A stretch of 64,000 bases of DNA from Chrysomallon squamiferum (GCA_012295275.1 CM022676.1:12338001-12402000); one strand, 5' to 3'; positions 1 through 14,047 are shown, counted from the stretch's first letter. Numbers and translations are program-made. The notes: generated by a model not told the origin, from the letters alone.

Positions 1-427
1 GTTATCGCCAGAGATATTTGTGCAGTAATACAAAAACAATGCCTAGAGCTCGCGGATTTAACGATGTCACTTAATTTCAGTTCTGCTGGCTTTCATTTCT
101 CTCAGACATGAATTCTTTTGATGATTTAATCATTTTATTCGCACATTAATCTACATATGATTAGTAAAATTAATTGCACAAATCAACAACTTTATACCTT
201 AATAAGGCCTCTTTCTATGCTTTTTTTTGTTTGTTTTGAAGCTGTCTAAATAACTCCTAGTCATGTGACACAATTTCTTTTGCACACAGGTTTTAGTCAT
301 TTACTGTCTCAGACTATACATTAAATTTAACTTTGTCACAAACATCTCTCTTGACAAGAACATTATTACGAATACAAAGTGTGTTTCACGGGGTATTTTT
401 TTTTTGCTTTTTGAGGATAACTACATC

Positions 428-485
428 ATGGAATTGGAAGCGAGGCACATTTTGGTGTGTGCTGTTCTCTTTACAGCTACTTCAA
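428..485 (+). CDS. Gene 1 exon 1, signal peptide
   Basis: ATG at 428, hydrophobic core ILVCAVLF, phase-1 donor A|gtgagt at 486. Confidence 0.8.
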
Positions 486-846
486 GTGAGTTCATTTAAA
501 CACGAATAATAAATAGTAGTTTCAAATAATGTTTATGAATGAAAAAAAAAGTATATATATATATATATATATATATTACATTTTTATTTTATTTTTTACA
601 GTGAAAATGTTATGATATTTATTTTGTTTTTATACAATATTTTCATTTATAAATACAATTTTCTAATTTAAAAAAAAACGTTACAAAAAGTCGGGGTGGT
701 TTTTGGGGGGCCTGGAACGGATAAATGGTATTTCAGTTAATTTCAGGTGGGAAAATTGATTTGATGTACGAGCAAACTGAGATACGAGTTTGGTCACGGA
801 ACGAATTAAACTCATAAGTCAAGGTACCACGGTATTTATTTTTGTT

Positions 847-889
<43 letters not shown>

Positions 890-2063
890 ATATTAATGTA
901 AGATGAGAATTTTAAGTAAATGTAATTATCACATACTTTTCAGACGCGTATTTCCTCAAAAAGTCAGGAAACGCAGTTGAGGTTGGATTATCTTTCACAC
1001 TCACGTGTCACACGCGTCGCAGAGTGGCAGGGATAGGCTGGACGCGCGGGACCTTGACCATGAATGTTCACCAAGGTCACGGGTCAAACTGCAGTGGATA
1101 TCTGCCAAGAAAATACAAGTTCAAATGTAACGAGGGAACTGTATTCACACTAACAATACCCAAAGTCTTTTTCAGCGAAGATGAAGTGAAATGGTTCTGT
1201 TCAGATCTAGATGGAAAACACAAAAGCAATGTCGTAGTTATACATGTCATGGGCGCTTGTAGGTTTTGCTCGTAAACTATAAATATAATGATAATGAGAG
1301 CCGTGTGTATGTAACGGTGTGTTTAACACATTCAGACAAATGTTCTTGCGTACAAAACATAAAGAAATAACTAAAAGTTTCTAACGTGTGTAAAATGTAC
1401 AATTCTATTACCTCTCACTTGTAGACTAATTTTTACAGAATAGTTAACTAATTTGTTTTTCTTCCTTTTTATTGTTGTTGTAGTTATTTTTATGACAATC
1501 CCATTGAGAAACTCCCAATGTAACAGAGCTGTAACTAGATAATATCCCATAATACTTTAGTTTTGTCTCGACTTTCGAACAGAATCCCAAGTTTCGACTG
1601 CCAAACGATACGTTCCAATGTTAAAAGGTCTCGTTACGTCAGCACACAAAACACAAATACACAAAAGTATGTTTATCAATTATGAAACAGCTAACTGTAA
1701 GGAATAACCATTGATCATTTTCCTGTAATTAGCAAAAAAAATTGGTCATTAATAGATAAACTTGAATTGAGTTTTGATATCGTGGATTTAACACTGAAAG
1801 ATGTTTAAAAGATTTTCACAGTTTTCTAAATTTTGTATTGTTTAGCTATGGCGAAGAGTGGAAGCGAGTCTCTATCTTCAGCTACGTTTTGTCTGATAAC
1901 CGTGTAAGTAATCTTTATTTCTAACGTTTCTTTTATTTATTTCATTGTCTCACTGCTTAGTCTATTTCTCCACCAGTTTATCTTTGTATATCTAGTTTTC
2001 ACTGTTTTCTGTGTTTAACTGTACTTGAGTCGTTCAGTTCATGATCTATTACTTTTTTCTTTC

Positions 2064-2150
<87 letters not shown>

Positions 2151-2199
2151 TTCTTTTTTTAGATTTATCAACACTTTAGCGATCACTGGTTTGCTGTAG
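428..2199 (+). CDS. Gene 1 (spliced): predicted GPI-anchored single Ig-domain protein, ~155 aa; exons 428-485, 944-1258, 1846-1903, 2163-2199
   Basis: Four exons with GT-AG boundaries and consistent phases (1,1,2) join into an open 468-nt CDS: signal peptide MELEARHILVCAVLFTATS, Ig domain (FTLTC...IGW...FTLTIPKV...EDEVKWFC), Ser-rich spacer, and hydrophobic end TFCLITVFINTLAITGLL* with no cytoplasmic tail. Confidence 0.85.
712..832. mobile_element. Terminal fragment of a Tc1/mariner Tigger(pogo)-type DNA transposon or MITE in gene 1 intron 1
   Basis: ggaacggataaatgg...gaaaattgatttgatgtacgagcaaactgagatacgag...ggaacgaattaaactcataagtcaaggtaccacgg followed by TA resembles the Tigger-like terminal inverted repeat as I recall it. 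The opposite end was not found. Confidence 0.7.
944..1258 (+). CDS. Gene 1 exon 2, V-like Ig domain with an extra cysteine pair
   Basis: Acceptor ttttcag at 943; 315-nt phase 1-1 exon; B-strand Cys, C-strand Trp, F-strand W-x-C; donor T|gtaggt at 1259. Overlaps ORF 1024-1275. Confidence 0.9.
1846..1903 (+). CDS. Gene 1 exon 3, omega-site/spacer region
   Basis: tttag acceptor; encodes SMAKSGSESLSSATFCLIT; phase-2 donor GT|gtaagt. Confidence 0.8.
2069..2150. repeat. (TTA)n microsatellite
   Basis: Direct inspection. Confidence 0.95.
2163..2199 (+). CDS. Gene 1 terminal coding exon, hydrophobic GPI-signal tail
   Basis: Polypyrimidine tract + ag at 2161-2162; phase 2 gives VFINTLAITGLL then TAG at 2197-2199. 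Confidence 0.75.
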
Positions 2200-3172
2200 A
2201 TCTACACCCACCTCACAGAGAGATAAACCCTGAGATATGACAGATCTATCAAATTCTTACAACAGACTAAATTATAACTTCTACGACCGCTATCATTGTT
2301 ACTATAACTACTACCCTTCTTCTTGTTGTTGTATTTTACTATTATTTAATAGTAGATACCTTCAATGTTTTCATCTTATCAGACTAATTATATTATATAT
2401 TAATGTAAAACGTGTAAGTATTTAGACTCTAATTTCCTAGTAAAATATATTTTAAAATAAATATGAGATGCTGATTTAACAATAGTCTGGCAACTATATT
2501 AACATTAATTATATAGAATATCAAAATATAGTGGATGACGTTTTGATATTGGACTAGACCACTCCCATTATGTCTTCTGACAATGAATTTATTGTTTCGA
2601 CAGTTATGTAGATTAGACAGTTCATTATTATTATTTATGAAATAATTTTAAAAAATTATCTTTATCGTTTCTTTATAAATAAACGGTGAATTAATTTGTG
2701 TCTCTAAAATACTGGAGACGAAAAGGACAAGTTCAAATCAGTAACTTTTAACATTATGATAATCAAAAATATTTGTTTATTTAGAAATCTGGAACTTTTT
2801 TAATAAAAACAACTTTATTTTTAAAAATTATTAATGAAAATCTTTCAGATTTGGAAGTTACGATAGTTTGTCTTCTATGAAAACAGTTAAAATTATATAA
2901 GTTGCAAAGCATTTTATTAATTATTAACTATTTTCTTCTATATTTTTCTTCTTTTTATTTCCCCCACTGAATTAAAAAATTCATAAGATTACTGAAATTC
3001 AGTGTTAAATTGAAGTATTTCAGTGCGCATTCACTTTAAACTATATTTAAACAGTCTTAGATTTCTGGTTCTATTACTGTAATTAAATCGTTTCCCTGTT
3101 TGAATCTGTAACAATGTTAATATGGCGTATTCTTTTGAAAAAAGTCACTAAATGTTTTATTTATAAAAACCT

Positions 3173-3173
<1 letters not shown>

Positions 3174-3255
<82 letters not shown>
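3174..3255. repeat. (AG)n microsatellite
   Basis: Direct inspection. Confidence 0.95.
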
Positions 3256-3257
<2 letters not shown>

Positions 3258-4118
3258 TATGTGTTATGGAGAAGCTTTAACACGTTTTACTGAACTGGGT
3301 TTCATCAAGGTCAGGGTAACACTTGTGATTTATAAAACTACATTTCAGTTTTATTTCTGTTTGTTGGGTCTGTTCTTGGTCATGTTAATAAATGTAATAA
3401 CATTTTCACTGCACATATATTTACACTATACTATTACAATCAGAAAAAATTTGCTTTGACTGAAAAATTTAAGATTTTAGCAGGTCTGACGTGATTTGAG
3501 TCTCCTGCGGATCAAACTGTACAGTGTTAGGAAAGTTTCTGCCTGGCTAAATCTGTAAAATATGCATAGAAAAGAGAGAAGTTATTACTCCTGCTCCGTT
3601 CTGACAATCGAATCACAAATACAGGTCGAACAAGTATTTTATCAAATGTTGCACATTTTTGCTATTTTTACTTCATAATACATGTATAGTTTTGTGATTT
3701 CGATAAAGAAATATTTTCATATTATACTAAGCATTTTATCATAATTAATAAGACTGAATTTGCCCATTGTCAACATTTTATCAAATAAGCGAGAAATATT
3801 AGGAGATTATCGTTATAAAATAACTTTAGATTAATATTAGTTCTGTTATTGTTGTTATATGAGAAATAAAATCATTTCTATATTTATAATTATAATAATA
3901 ATAAAAAATAATAAAAACATGAAAGACAAAATATAACGTCCTCATCAAGAATAGTAAATGTACGGTCTAAAATAAAAGTTTAAGAATCGCAGTTGTAATT
4001 GTTGTTGTTGTTGTTGTGGTTGTTGTTGTTGTTGTTAATATTATTATTATTTTATGGGAAATAAAAATATCTCTGAATTTCTGAAGACGTAAAATAACAA
4101 GCTGTTAAATATGTGCAG

Positions 4119-4170
<52 letters not shown>

Positions 4171-4230
4171 TAATAATAATTGGAAAATAAAACGCAAAGC
4201 ATAATGTCGTTTATCAAGAACTTAAATTTA

Positions 4231-4476
4231 CGGTCTAAGGGGTATAACTCTAATTTAAAGTCTGGAATCGCCATCTACTAATAATATCGTTAATTTAAAT
4301 TCCTTTAAATTTGCCTCTACTTCCTTTTCGAATAAGTGTTATATTTATTATCTATTTATTTACTTTTAATTTAAGTTAAAAATAGTGTGTTTTTGGAAAC
4401 CTAATATACTGACTTTTGGATATTTCCGTTTCGATTAGCCCGGTTATACTAAAATAGAGTTATTCCCCTTAGACCG
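4231..4476. repeat. MITE-like element bounded by a ~20-bp inverted repeat
   Basis: cggtctaaggggtataactc (4231-4250) is nearly the reverse complement of gagttattccccttagaccg (4457-4476). The same motif recurs at 7508, 7828, 8151 and 8519. Confidence 0.6.
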
Positions 4477-4592
4477 TTGTTTTTACGCTAAACACTAATC
4501 TTCACAATGTTTGATTGTATATCCTTATTTCTCGTTTTTCTGTGATGATTTAATTATTATTTTTATTGCTCTTACTGTTGTATGATGCTGAG

Positions 4593-4648
<56 letters not shown>

Positions 4649-5638
4649 GTAGTAGATTTCATTAATTATTATTATTCTTTTAATAATTTATCACAAAATA
4701 ATTAAACACTTTTTAATATTAATTTACTATATTTTAATCATTATTCTTTTGGATTATTTAATTTTAATGGAGGCATATGTAAAATTTGTTTTCTGTTTAT
4801 AATGATTAAATGGCCCATGTTCTTGTTCTATAGTTTTCTAGTTAGTATTTGTGAAACAACAGTGCAGTTTCACACCTACTAATATTTCTACTAGATTTGT
4901 ATAGATTTGCTAAAACTAGCTTTCTAATATTTGTATAGTGGCAAACATATTAAATATATTTCTTATTACAACACTCTTATACTTAGATGTATGGAACATT
5001 TATTTTTAAATGTTTAATGTTTGAAAATAAGAAACATATTTAAAATAATAAAACTGATATTCGATGGGAGTAAAACCTATGTTTGAAATTAGTTTTCTTT
5101 CCCTTTATTTATATTAGAATATAAAATCTTATCTACATTTTTCAGTTTAATACTTTATGAAATAACTAAAACCAGTACTGCTGTATCTGACCGTGTTAGT
5201 ATCTAGTATTTCAAAATCTTATTACACAGAAAGTAAAATTTAAACAAATTAAATGTACATAATTCTTCTAACAGTTTAACATAAATGTAAATTAAAATTA
5301 ATTAGAACAATAGTTCTAACAATATCATTTGAAAGGGTAACAAAAAAAAAAAAAATTTGCCAAACCAAAAATAAAATATTTAGGCAGAGAATTTACAAAT
5401 CTTTGCTTTTATTTTGTTTATTCATTTCTGTTAAATAGGTTTTCTTTATGCTAACTTTGTAGAAATTTAAATTTTACTGGCATATATGACTTTGTAGTCA
5501 ATACTACTATCATCATCATTATCACCATCATCGTCATCATCATCATCATCATTATAAAAAAGAAATACAGAGTAAGTGCTGTTAGTATCAGAAACTGCTT
5601 TTGGAAATGCTTGGTTTTAGGCCATCAGCCACTTTTAA

Positions 5639-5710
5639 AAGTAAATGAACAGGCAAATTAGTTTCACTTTAAGTAAATGAACAGGCAAATTAGTTTCACT
5701 TTAAGTAAAT
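5639..5710. repeat. 32-bp tandem duplication
   Basis: aagtaaatgaacaggcaaattagtttcacttt occurs twice in tandem. Confidence 0.9.
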
Positions 5711-5958
5711 TTCATGTCATTTACATTTGTGTAATATATGTTATAATTTGTTTAATAAAATTAAGAGGAAATGTTTTGGACATAATGTTTTAAAAGGCTA
5801 ATATAGCTAAGTAAAATGACAGACATTTCATTATTGGCTTGTTGGCTTTTATATTCTTTTTATTATTATTATTGTAATGATAATTCTATTACAACTACTA
5901 CTGTGAATAATAAAGCAACAACTTTAGAAAATAATTATATTCCTTATTTTATTAGACA

Positions 5959-6140
5959 AATTTTATAATTCTATTATTATTTATTGGTTTATTGTTTTTG
6001 GATGGTTTTGGATGTGGGGTCTGTCTGTGTTGTTTTTTTATTACTTATTTTATTAATTTTTATAATTCTATTATTATTTATTGGTTTATTGTTTTTGGAT
6101 GGTTTTGGATGTGGGGTCTGTCTGTGTTGTTTTTTTATTA
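5959..6140. repeat. ~96-bp tandem duplication
   Basis: ttttataattctattattatttattggtttattgtttttggatggttttggatgtggggtctgtctgtgttg occurs twice. Confidence 0.9.
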
Positions 6141-6844
6141 AATTTATTTATTTATTTATTTTATTTATTTATAATAATAATAATAATAATAATAAAAGAA
6201 TGTCATTAAAAAAAAATGGCACAAACAGAATAATTCTACAGAAACAAAACAAAAAATAATAAAGGTAAATTTAATAAATTAATAAAGGTTATAAAAACAC
6301 TTACTAAACACACAATGGATGTAAAACTAGGTTTGACACTACAATGAATTTGCTACTATCTATTTATGGCCTATAGTGGATACAGCCTAAGGGATTCCTA
6401 GAGATCAAGTTATAATTATCTACATTATAAAGAAGTATATGAAGTGCATATTAGTATGTTAATTAATTAACCAAATTGGAAATCTTTCTTATGTAATAAT
6501 AAGACATGACAAATGTATCACAGAAGCTAAAAAATGTGAAAAAGATGGTGATAGCTAATGAAATAAAATAAAAAAGAAATGTAAAAAAACAAACTAATTT
6601 TATTTTTATATTTATTCCAATAAAATAAAATAAATAAATAAAGGAAATCAGCGAGTATAACAAGTTATACTTCTGTTATCATATGAGCTGAAAACTGTTT
6701 GCATAAACTGTGTATAAAATATAAATAGAATTTGTATTTAGACTTAGATCCTACTCTCAGGCTACCTCTTTATATCCTAAACTCTTTAAAATCTGAAATT
6801 GAGGATTCTCAACCTGCAACTTAAAATTAATTTAATTTATTATG

Positions 6845-6879
<35 letters not shown>

Positions 6880-7211
6880 ATATGGAACCAAAATGCCATT
6901 TTTTTTTTTAATAACCTCCTTAAAATGTTTATTAAATTTAAATTGTAATAATAAAATTAAAAATATTAAAAATTAAAAAAAAAAAAACAGGAAGTTAGTC
7001 CTTTGATTGAATTTTAGTATATCAATTTAAAATTCAAATAAAGAAATAATAAATAAGCATGGAATAAGAGTTATAAAATAAACAAAATAAGACAAAATGT
7101 ATAAGTAATATTTCTCTCATCATAATAACGGAAAATTGCAAAAGCTTAATCATATTTGGTGTTAATAACTGAAAAATACTTAATTCATTTCTTTATTTAT
7201 CATCATCATCA

Positions 7212-7261
<50 letters not shown>

Positions 7262-7722
7262 AACTCTAAGACAAAGGTGCCGATTAAGCCCGTTATAGTT
7301 TTCCCCCTTACGCCATAGTTTGTTTATTTTCGATTTTGTACTGAATTTGAAGGAACGTATACAACAATAAATAAATAAATAAATAATTCTTTTTTCTTTC
7401 TTTTTCGTGGTTTAATTTATAGCTGAATTATCTCCCTAGATTAAATCTAAAATTAAAACTTATTTTTATCTATATCTTAGAAAATATTATCAAGAAAAGT
7501 GAATTTACGGTCTAAGGGGAATAACTCCAATTTGGAATTTACATAATTTATTCCATCTGGTCAATGTGTTGATTAACTTTTAATATATCAGTTTATAATT
7601 TGAATAAAGAAATAAGAAATAAAAACGACGAAAGAGTTATAAAATAAATAAATGAAATAAAAATTTTAAGTGATATGTCTGTGATCATAATAGGTGAAAA
7701 TAAAATGATGATGATGATGATA

Positions 7723-7763
<41 letters not shown>

Positions 7764-7973
7764 TAATAATAATTAATAAATAAATAAATAAATAAAATGA
7801 AAAATTAAATTAAATAAGTAAATTTAAGGTCTAAAGGGAATAACTCTAATATAAAGTTTTGCAAGAAGAATTTATTGATGTTATAGTAAATGTAAATAAG
7901 ATTTGATTTGTATTTATTCTCTAATACTAAATAAATGTAAATAGTTGTTGTCGTTTTTCCTTTATTTATTTAC

Positions 7974-8014
<41 letters not shown>

Positions 8015-9066
8015 TATTTATTTATTTGTTTATTTTTATTTATTTATTTATTTATTTATATATTTTGTATATTATATTATATATTATATATATATATATA
8101 AAGAATAACAAACGTAGATAACGGAAATAGGTAAGTTGAAACATCATTTTAGAGTTGTTTCCCTTACACCATAATTTTACTTGTTTTCGATTTAATGCAG
8201 TGTATAATTAATTATGGATTAAAAAAGAAAGACAAAAATGAAATCGCTTCAAATAATTAATATAAAATAAAAAAAAAATACATATTTTTAATAAGGGAAA
8301 GACAAAGAAAAAAAAAGAAAAAAAAAAACCTATTCCGAATTCAAGCACGGTAAGCAATTTTAAAAATCATTTACGATATGGGGGGAAAGATAAAACAACT
8401 GATTTGTGACTTTTTTTTCTCTTTTTTTGTTATGTTTTTTTTTTTTTTTTTTTTTAAGTTTAAATATATTTATTTGTTGTTAAGTGCGAATTTCCAATTA
8501 GATCACGATACTAAAATAGAGTTGTTCCCCTTAGACCGCTATGATGAATATCTCGATATTTTATTTTTATTTATTTTTATTTATTTATTTATTTTTTTAA
8601 GATTAAAATTTAATTCAAATTCTTTATTTCAAGTTTTTCTAATTGTCTATCATATACTTTATTATCATTGGTAGTAGTTCAACAGAGTAGTAGTAGAAGC
8701 ACTAGCCTTTCGTTATTTTAATTCTTTTTCTCATTTTATTTTTCTGTTACTGAATTAACATTTTTGTTTGTTGTTGTGGGGTTTTGTTTGGTGTTTTTTT
8801 TTAAGGTATCATAAAACTGTTATACTCTTCTGACCATGAATTCACTGTGACTTTATGTTACGAGAATTATAACTATTTTAAATGTATCAGAGAACTATTT
8901 AAATTTAATATCTTCTATTAATGATTTGTTAAAATATGTATAGCATCTATTTTTCTTTGCAGTTTTCTAAACAAGATCTGTGCAAACAGCAACAATCACT
9001 TCACCCCTCGCCCACTGGTGATTTTCTATATGTGTGCTGATAACAGTTTTCTAATGAATATAAACT

Positions 9067-9277
9067 TTTCAAACTTTTTGACTTGCGGACCCCTTTATAT
9101 TTCAGGCTTTACCCTAGGGACCCCCTTATAAACGCTTATGAAATTTATAATAAATATTTGCTTAAAATAACATATATAAAATCAAACTGCCCATAAAAAG
9201 TATTCGCTGTCCACAGACCCCCTGTCTTGTACTTGCGGACCCCCTGTGGTCCACAGACCACAGTTTGAAAACCTCTG
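9067..9277. mobile_element. hAT (Charlie-like) non-autonomous element
   Basis: Right end ...ggtccacagaccacagtttgaaaacctctg resembles hAT-Charlie termini; internal ggacccc repeats; left end degraded (ttttcaaactttttg). Confidence 0.7.
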
Positions 9278-9967
9278 TTCTAATGAATATAAACTGGTGA
9301 AATCTTTATATATGTGTGTTATTACAGCTGTAATTACTTTATTAGATACAGGTATATATGGCGACTCACTTTCAATGAACATTTTGTTTCAACTGAACAG
9401 TTCATTTCATTATTATTATTATTATTATTAGTAGTAGTAGTATTTATTTATTTATTTATTTATTTTATTTTATTTTATTTTATTTTATTTTATTTTATTT
9501 TTTATATTTTATTTTATTGGGGGTTTTTTTAACAAAGAAATTATTTAAATTAATTAGACTAAAACTACTAAGGTTTTTTTTACACATTTATTTACATTAA
9601 AATGTAGAATCTTGCAAAATAGATACTCGACATTACTCAGTTTAATAATTTATGAAATAACTAAATCCAGTATTAGTATATCTGAAAATCTATCACATCT
9701 AGTGTATTTTAGAATTATTTTACATAGAAAATAAAAAATATACGTAAATGTAAACTAATATTAATTTCAGTTTTGAACAATATCTCTTGAAAGTTTACCT
9801 AACACTAGTTATCCGAAATATTTAACACAGATTTCAAAATTTCATTTTAATTTTGTCTTTAAGTTTCAGTTTTTATCCTAATTTTGTACACATCTACTGT
9901 ATTAATATTTCACTTACACCACATAGTACTTGGCAGTCAGTACTACAGGAATACATTATTATTATTA

Positions 9968-10020
<53 letters not shown>

Positions 10021-10712
10021 TGTTATGTTTGTGAATCAGAACCAAAATAAAAAATGAATGATCATGACAGTTATCTTGCTTTCAGCAGGGAGGTAACTCT
10101 AACAAATATCAATGCTGCTTATAATGTGGATCAAACTGAGAAAAATAAAATGAAAACAACATCAAAGTGTTTAATTATCAACATCATTTATTTGTTTTAA
10201 ACCGAATAGCTGCTGATGTCCGTAATATCTCAAAAATAAAATCTACCCTAGCAAATAAATAAATAGTTTTAAAGAGAAAGTGGCTTAGACAGAACAAATG
10301 CACTTTAATAAAGAAAGAAAGACAGAAATTTTATTAAATACATGTATATGTGAAGAAAAAAAAAAAAAAAAACTATCATTTTAAGAATTGTACATATTGT
10401 TCATCATGTTTTATATTAAAAGTTAAAACTGATATCAAACCCAAATCCTGACAATGCTGGCCTAGGCCTAGACTCTCGTTGTAAAAGTCTGAAAAATAAA
10501 TAAATACAATTGAAAAAAATGAGAAAAAGGTCAGTTTCAATTAAAATTAATTAATAATAATTTTATCAATTAGTATGTTTTATGAAATGTGTGTTGAGAT
10601 GAGTTTGTTCCTAACCTTGATAACACTGGTCCTAAACCTCTTGTAAACAAAGCCTTTGATTTACAGAATTAAAGATAACTTTAATTTTAATTTTCATTGT
10701 TTTTTATTTATT

Positions 10713-10781
<69 letters not shown>

Positions 10782-11169
10782 ACAAGCAGCAGCTCTATCT
10801 GGGGACTTATAAACCAAACTTTAACATTCATTTTTCTTATATTTCTTCTTGCACTCATTGACTTGGTCCAGTGTTTCTACCTGGAAAATGTGTAGGCCTG
10901 AAAGAAACATGTATGATCTTGTGATAGGCCTACACTTCATTAATAAGGAATCGAGGATGTCTGTTATCTATTAAAAGAAACTGTTCCATCAAAGAAATCT
11001 GATTTTTTATCCCTCTTTATTTCCTCATTTTTAAAAAATATGTATTTATTATTATTTATTTGTTTTAATTATTTCTGAGACAACTGAAGATCAGAAGCTA
11101 AAAAAAGAATAAAAATAAATAAATAATGAATAATAGTAAAAGGTAAAATAAATAGAATAATAAGAAAAT

Positions 11170-11170
<1 letters not shown>

Positions 11171-11242
<72 letters not shown>

Positions 11243-11296
11243 AAGAAGAAGAAGAAGAAGAAGAAGAAGATGATGATGATGATGATGATGATGATG
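11171..11296. repeat. Compound (AAT)n(GAA)n(GAT)n microsatellite
   Basis: Direct inspection. Confidence 0.95.
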
Positions 11297-11957
11297 AAAA
11301 AGAAGAAGTAGAAGAAACATTAATTAATGTTTTAAATAAAAAAGACATGTAAAGAACAAATGCACATTACTTTTATATTTATTCCATAAAGAAATCATAG
11401 CTTTAATTATATTTAACAAAAACACAATTAAATCAGTAGATAGGTAACAAGCAAAAAATGAAGAAAGCAGTTCAAAAATAACAAAAATAGAATCACATAT
11501 AAAGAACTAATGATAATAACAGAATTACATGTTTTTAATAATATTGTTAAGAACAATTTGAAAATAAAAATTGTATGAAATAATAAATAAAAATGTAATT
11601 GATATATATAGCACAGAAGAAGAATTTACTCATTTTAAATTATTCTAGGAATATCTTACATTTTTGTAATATAGAAATCAACTACAGCCATATATAAATC
11701 AGTTTGTTGAATTCAAGAAAGTAATATAACAAAAATTGTTTTTAGAACCTAATTTTATTTCATTGTTTAAAATATATTTAATTGATCTTCCTATATTAGT
11801 TTTTAATTCATAAATACTTGATCAATTTTGTTCTGTAGGGTTTTTAAAATAAATTTTATTTTATTTATTAATCTCTTTTGATTGTTTTGAGTCAGGTTAG
11901 ATAGCTTCATATTAAAAGTTAGACGAATGATCAAAATTGGTCTTTTGTTTCAAATAA

Positions 11958-12860
11958 TGAAAAAAGTAAATCACTGATTAATCAGGTTTGTTTCCTGTAA
12001 AATAATAACTTGATTTCCTATTGGAAAAATGTGATTTCTAGTTAGTGCTCCTCTTATGATGGTAACTTTTACACACAGCAACAACAACAACAAAATTATA
12101 TTTGATTGATTATTTTATATAATCAGTAATAAATAAGATGGACAATTTGTTCATTTTCTTCTTATTATTATTTTCTTCTGTTATTAGAAATATTAATTAA
12201 GGTTTACGTCAGTGCACCTATTGTTTACAATTTTTGCAAACTCGGATAAACGCATTACAACAGTTCGGCGAAACTGAGAGGGCGTTGTTTAATTTACTTC
12301 CATGTTGAAGTTTTTAATGGATGTTATTACTGATTTTGATCTGAATTATTATACGATGATGTATTAATAAAATGACCTTTGTCAGTAATCAAAATATCAT
12401 ATATGACAAGTAGTATTTTATCTATTTTTTTTTATTTTTTTATTTTTTTCCATGTAGGTGTCTAGATGAAGAAAACCGGACATTTTTGTTTTCTGGTCGC
12501 AAAATACTGACCAATAATTAATTGATTTATTATAGCATTATTGTTTGTAGTCTTTTTTTTTTTTTTGTGTTTATTTCTTTCTTTAAAAATAATATTTTTA
12601 ATTAACAATAAAGATTTTATGAATAAATATTTTGAAAGTTCTATATCTAAAATCAGCTGTTTTTCTTTTGTCTTAGAATAACAATAAATTAATAATAATA
12701 ATAATAATAATAACGTGCTAATTATCAGAAAAACGAAAATGTGGGCTAAATCAAACAGTTTATAATATCTCTATTTCTTTAATTATTTTGTTTTACTTTA
12801 CTTATTTTACTTTATTTTGTCTTAATGTAATGTAATTTTATTTTATTTTATTTTTTTTTT

Positions 12861-12919
<59 letters not shown>

Positions 12920-13850
12920 CATTATTTCATTTCATTTCTTTTTTTATTGTTATTTTTATAAAAATTAAAGTTTACACCGGTGCAACAATTATGGTGGATC
13001 TTTACAAAATACACACAAGATGTCCACAGTTCGGCGAAATTGAGGGAGTGGCTTTATATGTTACAGTTGATGTTTGTAGGTGATTTCTATTAACATTATA
13101 ATTATAATGAGAAAAAAAAAGTAAATCACTGATTAATCGGGTTTGTTTCCTGTAAAATAATAACTTGATTTCCTATAGGAAAAATGTGATTTTTGAGTTC
13201 GTGTTTCTAGTTAGTGCTCCTCTTATGATGGTAACTTTTACACATAGCAACAACAACAACAAAATAATAAATTATTGATTATTTTATATAATCAGTAATA
13301 AATAAGATGGACAATTTGTTCATTTTCTTATTATTATTTTTTCTTCTGTTTTTAGAAATATTAATTAATGTTTACATCAGTGCACCTATTGTTTACAATT
13401 TTTGCAAACTCGGATAAACGCATTACAACAGTTCGGCGAAACTGAGAGGACGTTGTTTAATTGACTTCCATGTTGAAGTTTTTAATGAATGTTATTACTT
13501 ATTTTGATCTGAATTATTATATGATGATGTATTAATAAAATGACCTTTGTCAGTAATCAAAATATCATATATGACAAGTAGTATTTTACTTATTTTTGAT
13601 TATTTGTCTTTCCATGAAGGTGTCTAGATGAAGAAAACCGGACATTTTTGTTTCCTGGTCGCGAAATACTGACCAATAATTAATTGATTTATTATAGCAT
13701 TATTGTTTGTAGTCTTTTTTTTTTCTGTGTTTATTTCTTTCTTTAAAAATAATATTTTTAATTAACAATAAAAATTTTGTAAATAAATATTTTGAAAGTT
13801 CTATATCTAAAATCAGCTGTTTTTCTTTTGTCTTAGAATAACAATAAATT

Positions 13851-13886
<36 letters not shown>

Positions 13887-14047
13887 GTGCTAATTATCAG
13901 AAAAACGAAAATGTGGGCTAAATCAAACAGTTTATAATATATCTGTTTCTTTAATTTTTTTGTTTTACTTTACTTATTTTATTTTATTTTGTTTTAATGT
14001 AATTTTATTTTATTTTATTTTATTTTATTTTATTTTATTTTATTTTA

